From: Anaerolineae bacterium
Lineage (GTDB): Bacteria > Chloroflexota > Anaerolineae > S140-20
Direction: 5' to 3'
DNA length: 64,000 nt
Assembly (NCBI GenBank): GCA_027021705.1
Contig: JALUTT010000120.1
Location: 1 to 64,000, forward strand
Position 1 is the first letter of the stretch. Each line of letters starts with the position of its first letter. Position numbers and translations under genes: made by a program. The notes under the pieces are model-generated. The model was not told the DNA's origin, did no database searches, and was given only the letters and a program-made list of their open reading frames with translations. Below, one piece after another: positions 40,027 to 54,316 of this stretch.

Positions 40027-41043
40027 ATGTCCTACTCCACCTTTCTCATCCGCCGGCTCCTCCTCGTCCCCGTGATGCTGGTGGGCGTCACCCTCGTCGT
40101 CTTCGCCGTCACCCGCCTGGTCCCTGCGGACCCCCTCGCCGTCATCGTCAGCGAGAAGGCGATGGACAACCCCCAGGTGGTCCAGGCGGCGGTGGAGAAG
40201 TGGGGGCTCGACCGCTCGCTGCCGGAGCAGTACCTCCGCTTCCTGGGCAACCTGCTTCACGGCGACCTGGGGCTTTCCTTCAAGACCCGACGTCCGGTGA
40301 CGATGGACCTGGCCGAGTTCCTGCCGGCCACCCTGGAACTGACCTTCGCCTCGATGCTCTTCGCCCTGCTCCTGGGCATCCCCCTGGGAATCGTCGCCGC
40401 CCTGCGGGCAGGAGGGTGGACCGACCGGCTCATCCGGCTGGTCACGCTGCTGGGCACCTCCACGCCTCCCTTTTGGTCCGGCCTCATCGCCCTCTTCTTC
40501 CTCTACTACCACCTGGGGCTGCTGCCGGGGCCGGGCCGCATTGACACCCGGATGGTCGCCCCACCTCCGGTGACCAACCTCTACACGGTGGACGCGCTCC
40601 TGGCGAGGGATGGAGCCGCCTTCCTCGACGCCTTGCGCCACCTCCTGCTCCCCGCCGTCGTGCTGGGGAGCATCCCCCTCGCCATCATCGCCCGCCTCAC
40701 CCGGGCCTCCCTGCTGGAGACCCTCCAGATGCCCTACGTCACCACCGCCCGCTCCAAAGGGCTGACGGAGCGCGTCGTCATCCTGCGCCACGCCCTGCGC
40801 AATGCCCTGATCCCCGTCGTCACCGTCATCGGCCTCTCCTTCGCCAGCCTGATGAGCGGGGCTGTGATGACGGAGACGGTCTTCGCCTGGCCCGGTCTGG
40901 GGCGCTACATGGTCGAGGCCTCGGCCAATCTGGACTACCCTGCCATTATGGGGGGGACGCTGATCATCGCCACCACCTACATCTTCGTCAACCTGATCGT
41001 AGACCTCTCCTACGGCCTCCTCGACCCCCGGGTGCGGGGATAG
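40027..41043 (+). CDS. DppB/OppB-type ABC permease
   Basis: GLDRSLPEQY, PATLEL, TARSKGLTE...HALRNAL, LDPR. Confidence 0.93.
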   Translation: MSYSTFLIRRLLLVPVMLVGVTLVVFAVTRLVPADPLAVIVSEKAMDNPQVVQAAVEKWGLDRSLPEQYLRFLGNLLHGDLGLSFKTRRPVTMDLAEFLPATLELTFASMLFALLLGIPLGIVAALRAGGWTDRLIRLVTLLGTSTPPFWSGLIALFFLYYHLGLLPGPGRIDTRMVAPPPVTNLYTVDALLARDGAAFLDALRHLLLPAVVLGSIPLAIIARLTRASLLETLQMPYVTTARSKGLTERVVILRHALRNALIPVVTVIGLSFASLMSGAVMTETVFAWPGLGRYMVEASANLDYPAIMGGTLIIATTYIFVNLIVDLSYGLLDPRVRG

Positions 41044-41050
41044 GCCGGAG

Positions 41051-41172
41051 GTAACTGTTCACCCTCCCGCAGGTTAGGCGTGTTTCCGATGCGAAACCGT
41101 GCTTCAAATAGTCCATCGGGGCTGAAAGCGCCCTCGACCGGTGACCTGCGGGAGGGTGGGCTGAATAGATGC
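41051..41172. repeat. Family B element (inverted)
   Basis: Reverse complement of 35747-35868, 122 bp. Confidence 0.9.
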
Positions 41173-41216
41173 GGCCGGAGAGGTCGGAGTGCGGAAAGGG
41201 ACTGAGGCGACTGGTG

Positions 41217-42053
41217 ATGCCGGACCGATTTCAACGCTTCCTCCACCATCGTGAGGCCCTTCTAGGGCTGGTCTTGATCCTCCTCTGGGGGCTGGTCGCC
41301 CTGCTGGCCCCTCTCATCGCCCCTCACGACCCCCTCCAGCAGAACCTGCGGGAGCGTCTGGCTTCCCTCTCCTGGTCTCATCCCTTCGGAACCGACGAAC
41401 TGGGGCGGGATGTCTTCTCGCGGGTGCTCTACGGAGCCCGCATCTCCCTCCCGGTCGGCTTCCTGATCATCCTGCTGGCGGCCCTGGTCGGTGGCTCGCT
41501 GGGGGCGGTGGCCGGCTACGTCGGTGGGCTGCTGGACGACCTGGTCATGCGGGTCGCCGACGTCACCCTCGCCTTCCCCTCCATTGTCCTGGCCCTGGCC
41601 ATCGCCGCCGTCCTGGGACCGGGGTTGGGGAACGCCCTCATCGCCATGGCCGCCGTCTGGTGGCCGGAGTACGCCCGCCTGATGCGGGCTCAGGTCCTCA
41701 CCGTCAAGGTCCAGGAGTACATCCTGGCGGCCAAAGCCGTGGGCGTGCCGGAGCGCCGCATCCTCCTGCGTCACGTCCTGCCCAACAGCATCGTCCCCCT
41801 CTTCATCAAGGGCGCGTTGGACATCGGCAACGCCATCCTCTTCGTCGCTGCCCTCTCCTTCATCGGCCTGGGGGCGGTCCCGCCCACCCCCGAGTGGGGC
41901 GCGATGATCGCCCTGGGACGCAACAAATTCTACCAGTGGTGGATCGCCACCTTCCCCGGCCTGGCCATCGTCAGCGTCGTCGTCGGCTTCAACCTGCTGG
42001 GAGACGGGCTGCGGGACCTCCTGGACCCCCGCCACCGGGCCGGACGACGGTGA
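41217..42053 (+). CDS. DppC/OppC-type ABC permease
   Basis: HPFGTDELGRD, RHVLPN, PEWG, FNLLGDGLRD. Confidence 0.93.
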   Translation: MPDRFQRFLHHREALLGLVLILLWGLVALLAPLIAPHDPLQQNLRERLASLSWSHPFGTDELGRDVFSRVLYGARISLPVGFLIILLAALVGGSLGAVAGYVGGLLDDLVMRVADVTLAFPSIVLALAIAAVLGPGLGNALIAMAAVWWPEYARLMRAQVLTVKVQEYILAAKAVGVPERRILLRHVLPNSIVPLFIKGALDIGNAILFVAALSFIGLGAVPPTPEWGAMIALGRNKFYQWWIATFPGLAIVSVVVGFNLLGDGLRDLLDPRHRAGRR

Positions 42054-42084
42054 GGCGACCCACCTTACCCGACAGGACGGAGAG

Positions 42085-42729
42085 ATGACCCGGTTACCCC
42101 AGCCATCGCCTCCCTTTGCCCGCTGGGCCGAGCGCCTGGAGGCCCTCTGCGAGACCGCCCGGGCCGAGCTGCGGGAGCAGCCGCCGGCCCTGCTGGCAGC
42201 CCGCAGCGGGGCCGAGTTCGACCCCCAGACGGGCCTTCTCTCCCTGCCCTTCTTCACCGAGCGCTACCACCTGCGCTTCCCCGATCTCACCATCCGTCGG
42301 GAGGACGGCCAAGAGCCCTCGTCGTTCATCCAGAGCCTGCTGCTGAGCTACCTGCGCACGGCCGATGGCACGCCCCTGGCGGACCGGTGGATCGGCTTCC
42401 GGGAGCTGCCCGATGGCCTCTTCTACCACGTCGCCTTCCAGGGCTACACGGGCAACCGGCTGGCCCGGGCGTTGGGGAACGATCTCACCCCCTTCCATCG
42501 AGCAGCCCAGGCGCTTGCCGGTGAGCGGCTGGACCTGGGAGATGCCGCCTACGCCTTCCCGGTGCTGCCCCGCCTGCCCATCGCCGTCGTCTACTGGCTG
42601 GGCGATGAGGAGTTCGCGCCCCGGGCCTCCTTGCTCTTCGACGCCTCGGCTCCCCACTACCTGGTCACCGACGGGCTTGCCATCCTGGGCTCCCAACTGG
42701 TCCGGCGGCTGCTCAAAGCTGCTGTCTGA
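42085..42729 (+). CDS. DUF3786-like protein
   Basis: WIGFRELPDG..Y..AF, LPRLP...GDEEF...LLFD pattern. Confidence 0.75.
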   Translation: MTRLPQPSPPFARWAERLEALCETARAELREQPPALLAARSGAEFDPQTGLLSLPFFTERYHLRFPDLTIRREDGQEPSSFIQSLLLSYLRTADGTPLADRWIGFRELPDGLFYHVAFQGYTGNRLARALGNDLTPFHRAAQALAGERLDLGDAAYAFPVLPRLPIAVVYWLGDEEFAPRASLLFDASAPHYLVTDGLAILGSQLVRRLLKAAV

Positions 42730-42826
42730 CAGCCTCCATTTGCATTTTGGGCAAAACGTGTTAGTATGGTAGGCGAGTGGCGTGAAACGTGAAAGGCGAG
42801 ACATACCGCGTGTTGCGTCCCGTCCC

Positions 42827-42952
42827 TTGCCTCTTGCGCCTTGCACCTTGCGACCTGCACCTTGTGCCTTGCACCTTGCAACCTGCACCTTGTGTCTTGC
42901 ACCTTGCGACCTGCACCCTGTGCCTTACACCTTGCGACCTGCACCTTGCACC
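42827..42952. repeat. 18 x 7-bp tandem array (TTGCACC variants) with 28-bp higher-order unit
   Basis: TTGCACC-TTGCGAC-CTGCACC-TTGTGCC repeated about 4 times. Confidence 0.95.
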
Positions 42953-42967
42953 TAACCGGCAACTGCG

Positions 42968-44455
42968 ATGAGCACGCTTAAAATCTTCGCCCTGGAACTG
43001 ACCGTCGGCCCGGCCTCCTCCCCCGGCCACTACCCCGTCACCGCCCGGGGGCTCTCCGGCGGCGCCCGTGCCACGATGGTCCTCGATTCCAACGACCCTG
43101 ACTTCCGCGCTGCCCTCACCGCCATCGAGCAAGATGCCACCGACGAGGACCTCTTCCTCAACTTTGGCCGTCGCCTCTTCAACGCCCTCTTCACCGGCCC
43201 CGTCGAGGACGCCTACCGCGCGGCCCTGGGCTACGCCAAGGGGCAGGGGGGGAAGCTGCGGCTGCGGCTGCGGTTGGGCCAGGCCCCCGAGGTTGCCGCC
43301 CTCCCCTGGGAATACCTCTACGACCCTCAGCGGGACCTCTTCCTCGCCATCGCCACCGACACCCCCCTCTCCCGCTACCTGGACGTGGAGCAACTCTTCC
43401 CCGGCCCCCCGCCGGCCGAGCCCCCGCTGCGGGTGCTGCTGGTCCTCTCCAATCCGGCGGACCTGGACGACTACGGCCTCCCCCCCCTCTCGGTGGACCG
43501 GGAGCGCCGGGTGGTGGAGGAGGGGCTGGCCGCGCTGCGCCGGGAGGGGCAAGTGGAGCTGCAGGTGCTGACCCAGGCCCGGCGGGCGGCCATCAGCGAG
43601 GCGATGCGGCGCTTCCGGCCCCACGTCTTCCACCTGGTGGGGCATGGGGCCTTTCGGCGAGGGCGGGGGGTGGTGCTGCTGGAGCGGGAGGATGGGCGGG
43701 CCTGGATGGTGAGCGACCGGGCCTTTCGGGAGTTCTTCCAGGACCGGCCGGAGACGCGGCTGGTGGTGCTGAACGCCTGCCAGGGGGCGACGCGGGATGG
43801 TGGGGAGGCGCTGGCGGGGCTGGGGCCTCGGTTGGTGCAGCGGGGGGTGCCGGCGGTGGTGGCGATGCAGTACGCGGTGCGGGATGGGGCGGCGGTGGAC
43901 TTTGCGCGGGAGTTCTACCGGGTGCTGGCGGGGTGGGCACCGGTGGATGTAGCGGTGACGGAGGGGCGGCGGGCGGTCTACCTGGACTACGGGGTGGAGC
44001 AGCGGGATTGGGGGGTGCCGGTGCTGCTGATGCGGGACCCCGATGGCCTCCTCTTCCTGCCGCCGGAAGCCGAGCAGCCTGAGGCCGAGACGGCTGCTCC
44101 ACCGACGGGAGGGGTCCAGATCCACATTGGAGAGGTCCGCGACGCTTCCGTCTCCATCGGCGATGTCGCCGGCCGGGACATCCACAAGACGACGTCGCCG
44201 GCCGGGGCGGCGTCGCCTCCCACCGGTCGCCTGGCCGACCTGGAGGATCTTATCCGTGAGGTCTACGGCCTGCTGCGGGAGTACGAGGAGGTTCTCATCC
44301 TCACCGATGATCCGAAGGAACGGCTGCGGGCGCGCCGGCGTATCGAGGAACAGCGCACCCTCCTCCGGCGCTACCTATCGGAGTACCGGCAGCTGGCCCA
44401 GCGGTTGGGCCGACCCGTTCCGCCGGAGATCCAGGAGATGCTGTCCCTATGGTAG
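42968..44455 (+). CDS. CHAT (caspase-like) protease + amyloid-like motif + EAD-like helical domain
   Basis: LPWEYL, FHLVGHG (His), VVLNAC (Cys), VVAMQY, DWGVP; then VQIHIG...IGDVAGRDIHK; then a helical tail. Confidence 0.9.
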   Translation: MSTLKIFALELTVGPASSPGHYPVTARGLSGGARATMVLDSNDPDFRAALTAIEQDATDEDLFLNFGRRLFNALFTGPVEDAYRAALGYAKGQGGKLRLRLRLGQAPEVAALPWEYLYDPQRDLFLAIATDTPLSRYLDVEQLFPGPPPAEPPLRVLLVLSNPADLDDYGLPPLSVDRERRVVEEGLAALRREGQVELQVLTQARRAAISEAMRRFRPHVFHLVGHGAFRRGRGVVLLEREDGRAWMVSDRAFREFFQDRPETRLVVLNACQGATRDGGEALAGLGPRLVQRGVPAVVAMQYAVRDGAAVDFAREFYRVLAGWAPVDVAVTEGRRAVYLDYGVEQRDWGVPVLLMRDPDGLLFLPPEAEQPEAETAAPPTGGVQIHIGEVRDASVSIGDVAGRDIHKTTSPAGAASPPTGRLADLEDLIREVYGLLREYEEVLILTDDPKERLRARRRIEEQRTLLRRYLSEYRQLAQRLGRPVPPEIQEMLSLW

Positions 44456-45411
44456 AACAGAGCTACTTCGACCGGGTGCTCAAGATTCTGGCCCGCAACC
44501 ACGCCGACGCCTTCCTGCGGCTCGCCTTTCCCCACCGCCCCGTCCGCTTGCTCGGCACCGTCGAGAACGTCGAGATTGACCTGCCCGCCCAGCGGGTGGA
44601 CTTCGTCCACCAGATCGAGGACGAGGGGACCGAAAAGCTCCTCCACCTGGAGTTCCAGACCCGCCACGAGCCGGACCTCCCCCGGCGGCTCTTCGTCTAC
44701 TCCGGCGCCCTCACCCGCCGCTTCGACCAGGAGGTGCTGACCTTGGTGCTCTACCTGGAGCGGCGCCACCGGGTGCCGCCAGGGGTGTACGAGACCCGGC
44801 TGGGGGGCGAGGTGGTCAACCGCTTTCGGTATCCGACGGTGGGGCTGTGGGAGCACGAGGGGCGGATACGGAGCGGGGAGTTGCGGGCCTTGGCTCCGCT
44901 GCTGGTGGTGGTGGCCGAGGAGCGAGACGAGGGGGTGTTGGCGGAGGAGCGGCGGCTGATCCTGGAGGAGCGGGATGAGCGGCGGCGGGCGGAGTTGTTG
45001 GCGGCGGCGGTGACGGTGGCGAGCCGATACTTTGAGCGAGACTTTCTGTGGGACTTCTTCCGAGAGGAGGTGGAGATGATGCGAGGGAGCAGCTTCATCG
45101 AGGAGTGGATCGAGGAAGGCATCCGCAAGGGGAGGGAGGAGGGGATGCGTGAGGGGCTTCAGCAGGGGCTTCAGCAGGGGCTTCAGCAGGGGCTCCAGCA
45201 GGGGCTCTTGCAGGCCCGGCGAGAGGCTATCATAGATGTGCTGGTGACCCGCTTCGATCCCACCTACCGGTACCTCCGGGCGTTGGAAGCACGCCTGGAG
45301 CGCATCGGGGACCTGGGGACGCTGCGCGAACTGGTGGGCCTGGCTGCCCAGGTGGAGAGCCTGGAGGCTTTCCAAGAGCACCTGGACGCTCTCGGCGATC
45401 AGACCGGGTAG
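44449..45411 (+). CDS. Rpn/YhgA-like PD-(D/E)xK nuclease
   Basis: FDRVLK, RVDFV, LHLEFQT, RRLFVY; C-terminal EEG/GLQQ repeats. Confidence 0.85.
   Translation: MVEQSYFDRVLKILARNHADAFLRLAFPHRPVRLLGTVENVEIDLPAQRVDFVHQIEDEGTEKLLHLEFQTRHEPDLPRRLFVYSGALTRRFDQEVLTLVLYLERRHRVPPGVYETRLGGEVVNRFRYPTVGLWEHEGRIRSGELRALAPLLVVVAEERDEGVLAEERRLILEERDERRRAELLAAAVTVASRYFERDFLWDFFREEVEMMRGSSFIEEWIEEGIRKGREEGMREGLQQGLQQGLQQGLQQGLLQARREAIIDVLVTRFDPTYRYLRALEARLERIGDLGTLRELVGLAAQVESLEAFQEHLDALGDQTG
45079..45411 (+). CDS. Putative intragenic small C-terminal protein (RpnS-like), ~110 aa
   Basis: In-frame AGGAGGTGGAGATGATG: strong SD and tandem ATG at 45076/45079. Confidence 0.6.
   Translation: MRGSSFIEEWIEEGIRKGREEGMREGLQQGLQQGLQQGLQQGLLQARREAIIDVLVTRFDPTYRYLRALEARLERIGDLGTLRELVGLAAQVESLEAFQEHLDALGDQTG
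45154..45201 (+). repeat. 4 x 12-bp tandem repeat encoding GLQQ
   Basis: GGGCTYCAGCAG x4. Confidence 0.9.
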
Positions 45412-45415
45412 CTGG

Positions 45416-47673
<2,258 letters not shown>

Positions 47674-47681
47674 AGCCCAAC

Positions 47682-47768
47682 GGGGGCGCACGTGGGTGCG
47701 CCCCCGTCGTTTGGAAGCAACCAAAACCGGTTGGGAGATGTAGGGGCGACCGGCCGGTCGCTCCTCCT
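47682..47768. repeat. GTAG-type REP palindromes
   Basis: GGGGGCGCACGTGGGTGCGCCCCC and GTAGGGGCGACCGGCCGGTCGCTCCT. Confidence 0.7.
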
Positions 47769-47773
47769 TCGTT

Positions 47774-47849
47774 TTGACTTTCACTATGGAGTCAGGTATA
47801 ATCAGGCCGGTTCCGGGAAACCGCCTCCCGATGGGTGGGGCGGTTTCCC
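47774..47849 (+). promoter_or_regulatory. Promoter and leader hairpin of the nucleotide-sugar operon
   Basis: TTGACT-17-TATAAT; GGGAAACCGCC...GGCGGTTTCCC stem at 47815-47849. Confidence 0.7.
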
Positions 47850-47891
47850 TATCAAACTTTGCCCCGTCGTCCCGTCTCTGTGAGGTGAAAT

Positions 47892-51147
<3,256 letters not shown>

Positions 51148-51160
51148 AAGGAGGGCACCT

Positions 51161-52582
51161 GTGATGAACACCATCCGTTTTGGCACCGATGGCTGGCGAG
51201 GACGGATCGCCGATAACTACACCTTCGACAACGTGCGCCGTTGCGCTCAGGGATTCGCCTTCTACCTGCGGGACAAAGGGCTGGCCGAGCGGGGGGTCGT
51301 CGTGGGGTACGACAAGCGGTTCGCCTCGGAGCACTTCGCCGCCGCCGCGGCCGAGGTCCTGGCCGCCAACGGCATCCACGTCTGGCTGACCCAAGGGGCG
51401 ACGCCCACCCCCGTCATCAGCTACAGCGTCGTGGCCCACGGGGCCGGCGGGGCCGTCAACATCACCGCCAGCCACAACCCCCCGATGGACAACGGCTTCA
51501 AAGTGCGCGACCCCCACGGCGGGGCCATTGACCCGGCCGGCCTGAAGGAGATCGAGGCCCGCATCCCCGACGTCGCCGGCGTGCGGCGGATGGACCTGGA
51601 GGAGGCGGAGCGGAAGGGGCTGGTGGAACGCTTCGACCCGGCCCCTACCTACCTGGAGCACCTGGGGGACCTGATTGACCTGGAGCCCATCAAGGCCGCT
51701 GGCTTCACCATCGTCGTGGACCCGATGTGGGGCAACGGGGCCGGCTGGTTCCCCCGCCTGCTGGAGGGGGGCGCGACCCGCGTCCTAGAGATCCACAACA
51801 TCCGCAACCCCATCTTCCCCGAGATGCATCGCCCCGAGCCCATCCCACCCAACGTGAACGGCCTCCTGAGCCGGGTGAAGGAGGTGGGCGCCAACGTGGG
51901 GATTGCCACCGACGGGGATGCCGATCGGTTGGGAGCTGCCGATGAGCACGGGGCCTTCATTGACCAGCTCCAGATGTACAGCCTGCTCACCCTCTACGCC
52001 CTGGAGGTGCGGGGTTGGCGCGGCCCCATCGTCAAGACCGTCTCCACCTCCTCGATGCTGAACAAGCTGGGAGAGATGTACGGCGTCCCCGTCTACGAGG
52101 TCGGCGTGGGGTTCAAGTACGTCGCTCCCAAGATGCTGGAGACCGACGCGATGATCGGGGGGGAGGAGAGCGGCGGGTACGCCTTCCGGGGCCACATCCC
52201 GGAGCGGGATGGCATCCTGGCCGGCCTCTTCCTGCTGGATATGATGGTCCAGATGGACAAGACGCCCTCCCAGCTCGTCGAGCACCTCTACAACCTGGTG
52301 GGGCCGCACCACTACGGACGGGTGGACTCCGACTTCCCTCACGATCAGCGGGAGGCGATCCGGGAGCGGGTGGCGAAGGCCCGGCCAAGCCAGATCGCCG
52401 GCTCCCCCGTCGTGCGCGTAGACACCACCGACGGGCACAAGTTCTACATGGCCGATGGGAGTTGGCTCCTCATCCGCTTCTCCGGCACCGAGCCCATCAT
52501 CCGGGTCTACACCGAGACCACCTCCAAGGAGCGCGTGCCCATCGTCCTGCAAGAAGGATTGAAGATCGCAGGGCTGGCGTAA
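51161..52582 (+). CDS. Phosphoglucomutase/phosphomannomutase
   Basis: [34 protein letters not shown]. Confidence 0.95.
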   Translation: MMNTIRFGTDGWRGRIADNYTFDNVRRCAQGFAFYLRDKGLAERGVVVGYDKRFASEHFAAAAAEVLAANGIHVWLTQGATPTPVISYSVVAHGAGGAVNITASHNPPMDNGFKVRDPHGGAIDPAGLKEIEARIPDVAGVRRMDLEEAERKGLVERFDPAPTYLEHLGDLIDLEPIKAAGFTIVVDPMWGNGAGWFPRLLEGGATRVLEIHNIRNPIFPEMHRPEPIPPNVNGLLSRVKEVGANVGIATDGDADRLGAADEHGAFIDQLQMYSLLTLYALEVRGWRGPIVKTVSTSSMLNKLGEMYGVPVYEVGVGFKYVAPKMLETDAMIGGEESGGYAFRGHIPERDGILAGLFLLDMMVQMDKTPSQLVEHLYNLVGPHHYGRVDSDFPHDQREAIRERVAKARPSQIAGSPVVRVDTTDGHKFYMADGSWLLIRFSGTEPIIRVYTETTSKERVPIVLQEGLKIAGLA

Positions 52583-52634
52583 GGGGCAGAGGAACAGCAC
52601 TTACGGTCATCAGCCCAGAGGTGTGGAGGACCCA

Positions 52635-53816
52635 ATGGCTGCTCGCAAGCCCCGGTTGACTTCGATGGCTCTCAAACACTTTCTGGCCTTTGAGCAGGCG
52701 CACATCGAGCTTGCGCCGCTGACCGTGCTGTTGGGAGCCAACAGCACGGGGAAGAGCGCCATCCTCCACGCCCTGGTCCTGCTCAAACAGAGCCTGCGAG
52801 GCGGGGATTACCGTGTTCCCCTTACCTTTGGTGGCCCTCTGCTCGATATGGGACGGTTCCAAGATGTCCTCTGGCAGCAGAGCCGGCGCCTCGCCTTCCG
52901 CCTGGAGTGGGACAACGGGCAGGCTGTGGCCTTTGAGGTGGTCTCGAAACGGCGGGTAGGGCTCGTGGTTCCCAGGGAGACTTTTCGGCTTCGCCTTGCC
53001 GGTCGGGAGTACCGCTTGAAAGATGACGATGAAGCAGAGCCCTGGTACTTCTCCTTCGAGCTCGCCGGCGCGCCGGATTCAGAAAAGGCCCGTGCCTTCC
53101 GGGAGGTCAACGCCACCATCAAGGAGTTCTTCACGGCGCTGCGTTACGTAGGCCCCCTGCGGCAGTCTGCCCGCGAGACCTCTTTCTCCAGGGAGATGCC
53201 GGAGAGTGTCGGGCCGGATGCCCGTTACCTCATCCCCTTCCTCATCGCCCACCCCGATGTGACTCAACGGATCAGCGACTGGCTGCGCGACCATCGCCTG
53301 GCCGATGGGCTGGAAGTGCGGGAGACGGCGCGGGGAAGCGGACGCTGGGTCGTCTACCTCATCGAGCGGGAGATCGGGAAGCGACGCTGGAACCTGGCGG
53401 ACACAGGGTTTGGGTATTCTCAGCTTATTCCGGTCCTGGCCGAGTTGTACGCGGCTCCCCGAGGAAGCCTGATCCTCATCGAGCAGCCGGAGCTCCACCT
53501 GAACCCCCGTCTTGCGGTGGAAGTGGGAGACCTGCTTCTCGATGCCGTGGAGGAGGGCAAGACCGTGTTGGTGGAAACCCATAGTGAGCATCTGGTGCTC
53601 CGGCTGCGCCGTCGTATCGCCGAAGGACGCTTCCCGGCTCATCAGCTTGCCCTCTACTTTGCACGGCGCTCTCGGGAGGAGGGGAAGTCCTACCTGGAGC
53701 GGGTCTCCTTGGACGAATTGGGACAGCCGGTCCAGGGATGGCCCGAAGGCTTCTGGGGAGAGGACTACGAGGAGGCCTACCATCTGACACGGGCCATCCT
53801 GGAACGGCATCGCTAG
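52635..53816 (+). CDS. ABC-type AAA ATPase with DUF3696-like tail
   Basis: GANSTGKS, TGFGYSQ, IEQPELHLNP, VETHS, LDELG...WPEGFW. Confidence 0.85.
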   Translation: MAARKPRLTSMALKHFLAFEQAHIELAPLTVLLGANSTGKSAILHALVLLKQSLRGGDYRVPLTFGGPLLDMGRFQDVLWQQSRRLAFRLEWDNGQAVAFEVVSKRRVGLVVPRETFRLRLAGREYRLKDDDEAEPWYFSFELAGAPDSEKARAFREVNATIKEFFTALRYVGPLRQSARETSFSREMPESVGPDARYLIPFLIAHPDVTQRISDWLRDHRLADGLEVRETARGSGRWVVYLIEREIGKRRWNLADTGFGYSQLIPVLAELYAAPRGSLILIEQPELHLNPRLAVEVGDLLLDAVEEGKTVLVETHSEHLVLRLRRRIAEGRFPAHQLALYFARRSREEGKSYLERVSLDELGQPVQGWPEGFWGEDYEEAYHLTRAILERHR

Positions 53817-53825
53817 GATGGGACA

Positions 53826-54311
53826 ATGGGCCGACGGTGGATCGTCGTGGACACAAACATCTTCTGCTTCACGGGCTATCAGGAGGCCGGGGATCACGGT
53901 CGGCGGGAGCGGGACTACCTTGCCAAAGGTGGAGAAGCTGTGGATTTCCTGCATCGCCTGATGGAGTACTGCGACGAATATGGTCTGGCAGTGGACACGG
54001 GAGGGCTGATCGTCGAGGAGTACCAGCGCCAGATTCCCCTCGGTTCTTTTGGGCACTATGCCTTTCGCCAGATGGCTACCAGGATGCCGGGCAAGGTTCG
54101 CGCTTTCGATCCCAGGAACCCGGACTGGATGGACCAGGTGGCACGAAGCCAAGACCTGGACAAACACGATCGGCGGTTCATCGCCACAGCATTGGCCACG
54201 CCGGACAAGGTTCTGGTCTCTGAAGACACAGTGCTGTTAGAAAATGCGCCTTTTTTGGAGAGGAAGGGGCTTCACGTCTACGACGCTGAAGAAGCCAATG
54301 AGGTGCTGTAG
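53826..54311 (+). CDS. PIN-like domain protein
   Basis: VVDTNI...IVEEY...DKHDRRFIATAL...VSED acidic tetrad. Confidence 0.7.
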   Translation: MGRRWIVVDTNIFCFTGYQEAGDHGRRERDYLAKGGEAVDFLHRLMEYCDEYGLAVDTGGLIVEEYQRQIPLGSFGHYAFRQMATRMPGKVRAFDPRNPDWMDQVARSQDLDKHDRRFIATALATPDKVLVSEDTVLLENAPFLERKGLHVYDAEEANEVL

Positions 54312-54316
54312 CGGCT

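Noticed and set aside
42827..42952. 28-bp periodicity as CRISPR, or as a peptide (ORFs 42657-42962, 42789-42971)
   Set aside because: No unique spacers; the ORFs simply read through the heptamer array.
44449..45411. Rpn gene as an IS transposase
   Set aside because: No terminal repeats or DDE motif; the family is a PD-(D/E)xK nuclease.
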